NCBI GenBank assembly: GCA_964658305.1 | Contig: OZ210885.1 | Coordinates: 9,052,001-9,116,000, forward strand | Length of the DNA: 64,000 nucleotides | Reading direction: 5' to 3' | Source of the DNA: Leptogorgia sarmentosa | Taxonomy: Eukaryota | Shown: positions 52,701 through 57,639 of the stretch, piece by piece | Position numbering within the stretch: the stretch's first letter is position 1 | How the letters are laid out: every line of letters begins with the position of its first letter | Translations under genes and position numbers: made by a program | Notes under the pieces: model-generated | Databases searched by the model: none | What the model saw: the letters and a program-made list of their open reading frames with translations, nothing else | Told to the model about the DNA's origin: nothing

Positions 52701-55700
52701 AGTGATGTGTTCCATCCCGGGAAATATTTCTATTCTGTAGGGTGGCACCCGAATCTGTTGCTATGGGTAGTGTGTTAGATGAGGTAGGGTCCACGTTTGG
52801 TAAGTTTACATGCAATCCTGGTGGTGAATTTCCTGACAACCGTGGAAGAAGACTGGGACTGATTGGGTATAGGTGAGGGTTATGCAATTCTGGTGGCGGG
52901 ACATTCGAAGAATCTGCTGGGGGGTTTACTGATTCCAGTGGGGAACCCACGCCATGTTGGATAGACTCACCACTAACGTTTCCGGGTACTACAGGATTTT
53001 CTAGACCATTATCAACTACACTGCTCGATGGGTTATTGTCATTCTCCGGGGAATTTCCAGAGTTATTTTCAGGTAATTCATTATTGGATGGACTAACCTC
53101 TTCGCTGTTATCCTCGTCTTCTTCCACAATTTCTTGAGCCACGTGATTTCCTTGTGCACTTTCTAGGTCCACCGCTGCTGGTGTGCTTTTGACACTGTTC
53201 ATCAACACTTGTTTCTTAGCAAGCGATGCTAAGAGCTGCCTAGCTACCACAGTTTCACCTTCCACCTGTTGCTCTATTTTGTCCGCTTCGTCCATTGTCT
53301 TTGCTGCATTGACACTATCATCCATTTTTCGAAATGCGGTCTCGAGATCATCCAAAATCTCCAATACCACTTGTTGTTGTTCGTCGATTCGTTGTAGTAA
53401 CTCATAAACGTGATGCCGATTATGCTCAATGTCCTCTGGTACCGAGAGCAAACCAACCAGTTGCGTTAGCAAACGTGTCAGTAACGATTTAGCGCTTCTT
53501 TTACTCTTTTTTGTATCTACAATAATAAGTTTCACGTCCCTTTGCGAATCTTTCGTGTTTTGCACTTCCGTTGTCATTTCTTCGTCGCTCATTTTTAACA
53601 CAATACAATTCCCTGTACTTCGAAACGATACTAAATGTACATACCAATTTTCCAATCTTATATATGGCTAATATCCTTGCGCCGCCGATAAATGCGTCCT
53701 TAGTAGCAAGTTCGAATGACTGTTCTCGATAAAATAATACAACACAATTCCGTCCGAACTGTGCTCGAATATATCCGTATTTCGTTTCTAGATCCGGCTC
53801 GAAGGACCAAAATGTAGAGTCGATGCTACATTAAGTCGCTGGTTCAGTGATAAACAATAAATCCTTTAATAAGTAAAAATACAACTCATACAATATAAAC
53901 TTTAAATATAAACAACCGCCATATTGTTCTCGTCTCTATCAAAAAAAAATGTGTTCGCACTTTTTGGCGATTACGTCACTGTCAATAATGTCCCGTATTT
54001 ATCTTAAATCGTTCGCACAAAAACAATACCTGGTTTCTCTGCATAATCTGAATGCTCTGTTCCAAGAATTTTATGAAGAGATTCGATTTCATCTGTGTTC
54101 CGTTCAATTTTCTCATTAAGCTCCTTTGTATTATGTTGAAGTTTTTCTTCAACAACCTCTTCAATTTTGCAAAACAGTCTTGACTTTAAATTGTCAAGTT
54201 CTTCCACCACTTCATCCATCTGGAAAGATAAAAGTGACATGTCACATAAATAAGTGATATATCTTTACAACATGAAGTATACAGCTGCAGTGTGTTATAG
54301 GGATTTCGGGCACTGTAAGTAAGTAAGCATTAGTATGTAAGCATGCATTTTTCAGTGCCGTACGGTATGTGAACAAGAGTATATGAATATGCCCCCCCCC
54401 CGTCCCAATTATCGCTATTGCTACGCCACTGGCATTTTTAGAGTTTTTTTCCTCTGTTGTCAATTAGCCTTTTTTTCTGCTTCAAGCTCTGTCAAAAACT
54501 ATAAAATGCATGTACCTCACGGTGAGGACGACATATTGAATGCTTGGTCGACATAGAAGTAAAGTCGAATACCAGCTAGAATTAGGTATTGTAATTTAAA
54601 TGCTGCGAGCAGAACTGGAATCCCAATTGGCTGCATCTTTCGCAGTCGTCTCTTGGTTAGTTGAGTGGCCGTCATGCCATCAATCGCACTAAACGGTCCA
54701 CGCACTTACGGTTTACAGGCGTACTCGATCAAAAGTAAACGGCTGCGTGGTTTCTATGCGTATTCGGTCAAAACTAAAACGCCTTCTGGGCGTTATTGAT
54801 CAGAACTAAAGGGCAGTGGAGCTTTCTAGACGAAATTCTCATTTCTGTCAACTACGTAGGTATAGGCAAAACAAAATGACTGCTTAGATATGCACTGATG
54901 GAGGTCGAAATTGGGCTTTCCAGTGTCGTGAATTTAAAATTGTTTACCAATGGCGTGTACGTAGCCATACTCCATTCCCTTCGGAAAATGCGCCAGTACA
55001 GTTGGCGGAAACCGCAACTTCTCCTCGAGGACAAACGCTTGGCAAGCGTCTTCTTTCACATTTAAAGAACAATTCCAACTATTTGGAATTTTGTATAATT
55101 TTAGCCGTTTATTGCATTTCAAGACGAAATACAATATATTTTTAAGAGTAAGCATTCGATTCGTGGTCTTCTGCGGTGTTTAATGGTGCCTGAGTTAAGG
55201 ATCACTTAAAAACACCTAAAGGTATTTTGAACGTGCTATTACTAAATATTTTTACGTGGTTATGTATACGTTTTAAAATGGGCTAAAAAACATTCCATTT
55301 TTTTATCACGCAATAACGAGCACCGTGCATACAATCAATTACAACTCCTAAATACCTTTGGCAAAAAAACAACATTTACGAGCTAACCTGTGGAAATAGC
55401 TTCATCATTTTTCATGTCCCGGAAGGATACAAGTTCCCGAAAAGGGCTCAACTTTTCTGTGACACCCGGGTAAAGCAAAATATGGTTTGCTTGTTGAACG
55501 GGTCCATATAATACTAATTTAGCGATTGCTAGGGGGAATATTAGATTTTTCTCAAACCTTTTTGTCTGCTTCAAACTGCCAGGTTTCACCACTTCGGCGA
55601 AGTTCGTCAAGTAATTTTAAGTAACGACCATCAACAAAAACGTCCGAAACTAAGAACGAAAAAGTATATTATTAAATCAAACAAATAATACAATAGCACA

Positions 55701-56496
55701 GGTACCGTATTTGCAGTTATAAGGAATTCCCAGAGTTAGTACTGTTTGGTATGAGAAATTTCCGGTATGGGTATTCGGGAAAATTATACTGATATTATCA
55801 CTTCACAATAACGAACAAGAGCAGGAAGGATAATCTCACTACCTAAACGATAAAACTAAACCTACGCTGGCCACATGTGCTGTGATTTAAACTGATACCT
55901 TTATTCTTCCATTCCTGTAGATCATCACACGCCTGTTTTTCAAGAACAGCTGATAACTTAATGTTTTTCATCAAGAATTCCATGTCTTGAATTGCACCAT
56001 TGAACATGGCATTGGTCCAATTGGAAAAGTTACAATGAGCCCACTCATTTCTCACTTTTGACCTTACATTCTTTGCGTACACTGAGGCACCAGATGTTAT
56101 GAATGGATCTGCTTCACACATGATAGTCAGTAAAGCAGAAAGATCCATTGTATCGTCAAAACCTGTAAACTTTGCCATGAAGGGTTGAACGAACAACTTT
56201 GCCAAAGACAGAGCATCTTTCACCGCGTAGTCATATGCACGGGGAGATTTGTGTATATTATTACCGTTGATGTTTTTATATTGTAAGTAAAAGGTTGATG
56301 GCGGAAATGTTCTCTTATACTTTCCAGAAGTTTGTTTATCAATTTCAACAGGTGGTTTACATAAGTCTTGATACCAGCTCCGCAATTCTGCATCGACAAC
56401 TTTCCTCAATGTGGTAGTTACAACTTTGGTAAGGCAAATACCCGTTACAACCCATCTGGATTCTTCATCTGTTGTGTAACTGGCACCGTTTGCCAT
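4420..56496 (-). CDS. Spliced gene (16 coding exons, ~1725 aa): HEPN - coiled coil - NB-ARC (Apaf-1-like STAND ATPase) - WHD/HD2 - WD40 repeats
   Basis: Exons 55899-56496, 55558-55649, 54030-54219, 46236-46573, 43007-43643, 42315-42737, 39974-40219, 35091-35309, 27761-27970, 24822-25089, 22580-22812, 20207-20313, 16669-17071, 14298-14899, 9384-9636, 4420-4778. All joins are GT-AG and phase-compatible; total 5178 nt, divisible by 3. Motifs: RNEWAH, GMGGLGKT, LVVLDDVW, LITTR, GLPLAL, VHDLL, many GH...WD/WN repeats. Confidence 0.85.
5407..6181. mobile_element. Tc1/mariner-like foldback MITE
   Basis: About 315-bp near-perfect TIRs starting cagggtgtatcaaaaa; TA TSD. Decayed relatives at ~12140-12320 and 43914-45770. 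Confidence 0.88.
7208..7296. repeat. Short palindromic element
   Basis: ggttccggtttacgggtac / gtacccgtaaaccggaacc, 19-bp perfect arms. Confidence 0.7.
7386..8258. mobile_element. MITE with 9-bp TSD (MULE-like)
   Basis: TIR ctctctcctccgcagaggcttttt extending imperfectly for ~150 bp; TSD GACGAGGCA. The superfamily is inferred from TSD length only. Confidence 0.78.
9384..9636 (-). CDS. Coding exon 15: divergent WD40-like blades
   Basis: Acceptor ttttgacag|, donor TTAG|gtaaa; open frame containing GITKWNL; phase 0 to 1 fits both neighbours. Confidence 0.78.
10221..11464 (-). mobile_element. Helentron-associated (HINE/DINE-1-like) non-autonomous element, long copy
   Basis: Sub-terminal inverted repeat tagtgcaaagttt at both ends; terminal hairpin; short microsatellite; CTAGT end. 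Both ends are shared with 35419-35623. Confidence 0.65.
10254..10387. mobile_element. PIF/Harbinger-like palindromic MITE nested in the HINE
   Basis: ggcccgttt...aaacgggcc; TAA TSD; almost fully palindromic. Confidence 0.82.
12776..13096. mobile_element. hAT-like MITE
   Basis: cagtggcgtag / ctacgccaccg; 8-bp TSD ATTACCGA; G/C runs. Confidence 0.82.
14298..14899 (-). CDS. Coding exon 14: WD40 repeats
   Basis: GHPDDSIVTAIDITSNGKFALSGS...AHEDAIS...FASGSIGGSVKLWN; phase 1 to 0. Confidence 0.9.
15125..15238. mobile_element. PIF/Harbinger-like MITE
   Basis: aggccgttttccattacagtcg / cgactgcaatggaaaactgccg; TAA flanks. Confidence 0.72.
16669..17071 (-). CDS. Coding exon 13: WD40 repeats
   Basis: VWNLSDG...VRFSSDG...VFIWDW; phase 0 to 1. 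Confidence 0.88.
19195..19320. mobile_element. Two inverted remnants resembling Penelope-like element ends
   Basis: gaagggcctttgctcgaaacgt on minus (19227-19249) and gacgagggcccttttgctggaaacgtc on plus (19282-19308); third copy at 60291-60335. Confidence 0.5.
20207..20313 (-). CDS. Coding exon 12: WD40 blade (DLKWAKHVAVSADDRYVVSLSKDG...IK)
   Basis: Not in the ORF track. Acceptor taatag|, donor AAG|gtgta; 107 nt, phase 1 to 0; joins as IK|VWNL. Confidence 0.82.
20519..20612. repeat. 94-bp hairpin / mini-MITE
   Basis: 22-bp perfect inverted repeat aacaagcagcaaaagttctact. Confidence 0.7.
20958..21405. mobile_element. PIF/Harbinger-like MITE
   Basis: Perfect TIR agccggttttccacttgcgaattttg; TTA TSD. 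Confidence 0.85.
21776..21963. mobile_element. Small MITE
   Basis: Perfect TIR caggggccgcggaa; AAGTA on both flanks; internal gtgccc repeats. Confidence 0.78.
22580..22812 (-). CDS. Coding exon 11: WD40 repeats
   Basis: LTASLDGSIRVWN...VSASKDETFKVWN; phase 2 to 1. Confidence 0.9.
24034..24729. mobile_element. Non-autonomous element with terminal hairpin and offset inverted repeats
   Basis: Hairpin at 24039-24146; 24147-24169 is a 22/23 inverted match to 24707-24729. Confidence 0.65.
24822..25089 (-). CDS. Coding exon 10: WD40 repeats
   Basis: LVSGSHDGTIKIWD...YEGHSAGI; phase 1 to 2. Confidence 0.9.
27761..27970 (-). CDS. Coding exon 9: WD40 repeats
   Basis: DGQFIATVGYYDKTIKLW...LVGHTDWVRCV; phase 1-1. 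Confidence 0.9.
28100..28691. mobile_element. MITE with 8-bp TSD (hAT- or P-like)
   Basis: TIR cagtgtgacca; TSD CTGGCTTA; repeated ttttacya subterminal motifs. Confidence 0.82.
29551..29737 (+). repeat. Gypsy 5' LTR
   Basis: TGTTAC...CTACA; (TA)n tract; AATAAA at 29692-29697. Confidence 0.95.
29756..30217 (+). CDS. gag: Gypsy gag, N-terminal part (frameshifted at A-run 30206-30210)
   Basis: Capsid-like RRQQPTETLDEYL...IRDAFIAGL. Removing one A gives LLEHKTLDLKTMFDQAR, continuous with the next ORF. Confidence 0.9.
   Translation: MDRVLRPERLDIDPNDNSAAKEWLHWERTFANFLSVLPQEDLNKLSVLANFVSPSIFQYIEDCREYDEAIQTLQALFVKPRNEIFARHVLATRRQQPTETLDEYLQALKTLSKDCNFKNVTANQYCEESIRDAFIAGLQSNLIRQRLLEHKNP
30228..33293 (+). 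CDS. pol: Gypsy gag C-terminus and pol (2 Zn knuckles, protease, RT, RNase H, integrase)
   Basis: CFFCGNSKHPRSKC, CLKCQKKGHFAKVC, LIDTGS, LPFG...YLDN, ETDAS, HHCC, VDFKGP/SDRG/QVEK. Confidence 0.95.
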   Translation: MFDQARALESAMRSSESYTLPPQPINAAVPPSSQACSPSPTELPDSVGTLAAVASEGPSCFFCGNSKHPRSKCPAREAICLKCQKKGHFAKVCRGKPVQPKDKVSAAAWSPTLATVPSPTSLSKSLASVDINGLKVKALIDTGSTESFIHPSLVEKAALIVHPSSSTVSMATSLSSAKISGTCTVDLSYQERRYENLHLSVLPGLCADLILGLDFQTRHESVVFKYGGSEPPLSVCSFSTLNIDPPQPFANLMPECHPIATKSRRYSQDDSEFIDKEVTRLLAEGIIEPSHSPWRAQVVVTKDDNHKKRLAIDYSQTINRFTILDAFPLPNISEMVNKIAQYRVFSTIDLRSAYHQVPLKDEDKPYTAFEARGNLYQFTRLPFGVTNGVACFQREMVKFVEENHLKAVFPYLDNITICGKDQKDHDENLKEFLEAAKLKNICYNDEKSVFSTRRLPLLGYVIEEGNICPDPERLRPLRDLPIPHDSKSLNRCMGLFSYYSQWIPEYSDRIKPITSCKSFPLSQEAIQAFQNLKKMVEEALVGAIDESVPFEVETDASEVALAATLNQNGKPVAFFSRTLQGSELKHASVEKEAQAIIEAVRHWRHFLTGRYFTLKTDQKSVAYMFDQRHKGKIKNDKIMRWRLELSCYSFDIIYRPGKENIPPDTLSRATCSAATDEDSLYKLHVSLCHPGITRLHHFVRTKNLPYSLDDIKRVISRCSVCCECKPQYYKPERVPLIKATQPFERINVDFKGPLPSCNGNRYFLNVIDEYSRFPFVFPCPDVSTSTVIKCLTSLFSLFGMPAYVHSDRGASFMSSELQSFLAEKGVATSRTTSYNPQGNGQVEKYNGVVWKGITMSLKSKNLPIKYWQEVLPDVLHSIRSLLCTATNETPHERLFGFSRRSSSGHSIPTWLATPGPVLLKRHVRQSKTEPLVEEVELLQANPHYAHVRYLDGRETTVATKHLAPKGHEGSPQASKETALPLPEIPPPTTTETEPQPPVASDVPQPLRRSERVRRPVDRLNL
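33386..33572 (+). repeat. Gypsy 3' LTR
   Basis: Direct repeat of 29551-29737, preceded by the PPT. Confidence 0.95.
34182..34695. mobile_element. Older hAT-like MITE
   Basis: cagtggcgtaa / ttacgccgctg; no clear TSD. Confidence 0.5.
35091..35309 (-). CDS. Coding exon 8: WD40 repeats
   Basis: LQGHSVAVTCLAVSQSGTILASGSSDRSAILW; phase 1-1. Confidence 0.9.
35419..35623 (-). mobile_element. Helentron-associated element, 205-bp short copy
   Basis: Same two ends as 10221-11464 with the interior deleted; (tgac/tgactaca)n microsatellite. Confidence 0.65.
37286..39695. mobile_element. Internally deleted Kolobok-like DNA transposon (copy A), carrying a nested MITE
   Basis: Same TIRs and internal sequence as copy B; TTAA on the left only. 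Frameshifted THAP remnant (38717-38950, ...LKEDAVPTI at 38497-38772) plus a further exon-like piece at 38185-38424. No DDE core seen. Confidence 0.8.
39103..39641. mobile_element. hAT-like MITE nested in Kolobok copy A
   Basis: TIR caagggcgtcaatcc; 8-bp TSD AGTACTTT. Copy B shows the empty site with a single agtacttt. Confidence 0.88.
39974..40219 (-). CDS. Coding exon 7: end of HD2 (GRLL) and first WD40 blade
   Basis: PQLL|GRLL junction as in Apaf-1-like proteins; phase 1-1. Confidence 0.88.
42315..42737 (-). CDS. Coding exon 6: MHD-like motif and Apaf-1-like helical domain 2
   Basis: YLVHDLLLDFA, DYYFKFLPYHI, LFFDLNWLQQKV; phase 1-1. Confidence 0.92.
43007..43643 (-). CDS. Coding exon 5: NB-ARC Walker B, sensor 1, GLPL, winged helix
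   Basis: LVVLDDVW, LLITTR, CKGLPLALSLVG, FLDFGIFPED; canonical splice sites. Confidence 0.93.
43957..45339. mobile_element. Internally deleted Kolobok-like DNA transposon (copy B)
   Basis: TIR agtgttactgcaacgaattttt; TTAA on both sides; AG...CT termini. THAP-like remnant on minus (CVAGGPNLVSC...MHLFP...HF, 44839-45126) and a second ORF remnant on plus (from ~44285). Confidence 0.8.
45935..46149. mobile_element. PIF/Harbinger-like MITE
   Basis: agcccattttccactc / gagtggaaaacgggct; TTA TSD. Confidence 0.75.
46236..46573 (-). CDS. Coding exon 4: NB-ARC P-loop (Walker A GMGGLGKT)
   Basis: VVGIRGMGGLGKTILA...VIWLDVG; acceptor ccttag|, donor ACA|gtatg. Confidence 0.93.
47451..47657 (-). repeat. 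BEL/Pao 3' LTR
   Basis: Adjacent to the purine tract gggagggggaaa on the minus strand. Confidence 0.95.
47702..53655 (-). pseudogene. BEL/Pao gag-pol polyprotein broken by one frameshift and two nonsense codons
   Basis: Four ORF pieces: LERIRIPVFTGD, three Cys/His knuckles, LLDEGS, YMDD, FSDAS, VDFAGP/SDNGTNF/GVFER. One-base loss near 52563-52565; TAA at 51011-51013; TGA at 49232-49234. Confidence 0.92.
53792..53809 (-). promoter_or_regulatory. Primer binding site complementary to tRNA-Tyr 3' end
   Basis: Minus-strand TGGTCCTTCGAGCCGGAT matches the 3' end of eukaryotic tRNA-Tyr (...CCGGCTCGAAGGACCA), 3 nt from the LTR. Confidence 0.88.
53813..54019 (-). repeat. BEL/Pao 5' LTR
   Basis: Followed on the minus strand by the PBS; ATTAAA (minus) at 53865-53870. 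Confidence 0.95.
54030..54219 (-). CDS. Coding exon 3: predicted coiled coil (MDEVVEELDNLKSRL...)
   Basis: Acceptor ctttccag|, donor CCAG|gtattg; E/K/L-rich heptad-like sequence; phase 0 to 1. Confidence 0.8.
55558..55649 (-). CDS. Coding exon 2: linker (VSDVFVDGRYLKLLDELRRSGETWQFEADKK)
   Basis: Not in the ORF track. Acceptor ttcgttcttag|, donor AAG|gtttga. 92 nt, open, converts phase 1 to phase 0, exactly bridging exons 1 and 3. Confidence 0.7.
55899..56496 (-). CDS. Coding exon 1: DZIP3/hRUL138-like HEPN domain
   Basis: ATG at 56496, 11 nt after a tttgtag acceptor (so a 5'UTR exon lies upstream). Contains MDLSALL and VRNEWAH (R-x4-H). Donor AAAG|gtatc, phase 1. Confidence 0.8.
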
Positions 56497-56640
56497 TATT
56501 CAGGGATCTACAAATAAAATATACGTGAATTAAATATACGCAATTTAAAAAGACTTTCAGCTGCAATCAATGAACTTCATAACATTTTTATGCACAGCAT
56601 ATTTTAAATATGCAGTTAACATCAAAATACGTGGCACTAA

Positions 56641-57639
56641 AGGCCCGTTTACACTACACAAGAATTGGCGCGGCGCGGCTAAAATTTGCCGGGTTTTATT
56701 GACACGGCACCGTGAAATTTCTATGTGTTAACAAGTCGTCAACATTTTAGTTTTTGGCACTCGTGCCGTTTTTCTATCCGTGCCGAGACCCAGAACATAC
56801 GCATGCGCGGTACGTTTTCAAAATCGCGGAAAAGATAGGTGAGACAAAATTGAAAAATAATAGAGGCATTACATGGCCAGAGACAGTAGCTCTGTTAAAG
56901 CTAAAGTGAAATCAATATATTGCCCATTAATTCCTAAAAAAAGGTTTAATGTATGTTTAAATCGTTGGGCAAGGCTTGAGTCACATGCTCTGCATGAGTA
57001 TTTGTTTAGGATTAACTGTCGTTCTTCTCCTCTATATCACTGCGGCACAGACATTGAAAGTATAGAACATTATTTCTTACACTGTCCCCGATTCGCTGTT
57101 CAACGTGCCTCTTTATTTACCTCTGCTGAGCGGATATGTGGTCATATGTGGTTGGCAAGTACTAATCAAAATAAGGTATTCTATTCTTTAAACAATTTTG
57201 ATAATGTTAACTATGAAATTAACGTTTTCGAGAAGTCCAAATTTAGTTTCTACAAATCGTTTCTCTCCTGTATTCGTGTACTATAGATTCTGTGTTTTTG
57301 TCCTGTCTTATGTCTTGTATTACGTATATCATTGTCTCATTGAGTCTTATACGAAAGACACAAGAGCAAATACGGAATGGTAATGGATAATCCAGGGAAA
57401 ACCAAAATAACACTTCGATGAACGCATGTATGATTTTCCATTATAGATGAAATTGTGTGAGAAAAGATTTACGGACTACACTACACCATAGACAACGTGA
57501 TTAACAAAATGAAAAATCGCCGGAAAAATGGTAAAAATGCAAGTGTAAGTGGCTATTGCCGTGCCAATAAAGAACGCCACAGTTCCACATTTTAGTCGTG
57601 GCGCGCCAAATTGAATTCTTGTGTAGTGTAAATAGTCTT
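56641..57639. mobile_element. PIF/Harbinger-like MITE containing a LINE fragment
   Basis: tttacactacacaagaatt TIR core; TAA flanks. Confidence 0.72.
56940..57320 (+). mobile_element. 5'-truncated non-LTR retrotransposon (CR1/L2-group-like) ORF2 C-terminus; boundaries approximate
   Basis: ARL...LHEYLFRINCRSSP..CG...ESIEHYFLHCPRFAVQR resembles the C-terminal Cys/His region of LINE ORF2. Confidence 0.7.

Larger units (their letters stand above)
47451..54019 (-). mobile_element. Full-length BEL/Pao LTR retrotransposon, sense orientation in host intron 3
   Basis: 207-bp LTRs at 47451-47657 and 53813-54019 (one visible mismatch); 5-bp TSD AAAAC; PPT at 47658-47669; tRNA-Tyr PBS; Pao-type gag-PR-RT-RH-IN. 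Confidence 0.97.

Noticed and set aside
54516..54575. Possible 60-nt phase 0-0 cassette exon (LVFDFTSMSTKHSICRPHRE)
   Set aside because: Open and phase-compatible between exons 2 and 3, but has a weak acceptor and no homology support; not included in the model.
55389..55528. Candidate phase 1-1 exon (AIAKLVLYGP...EAIST)
   Set aside because: Plausible splice sites, but it does not restore the phase needed for exon 3, whereas 55558-55649 does. No recognisable domain.
4420..56496. Naming the gene APAF1 or DZIP3
   Set aside because: No CARD (so not canonical APAF1) and no RING or TPR region (so not DZIP3); only domain-level similarity.
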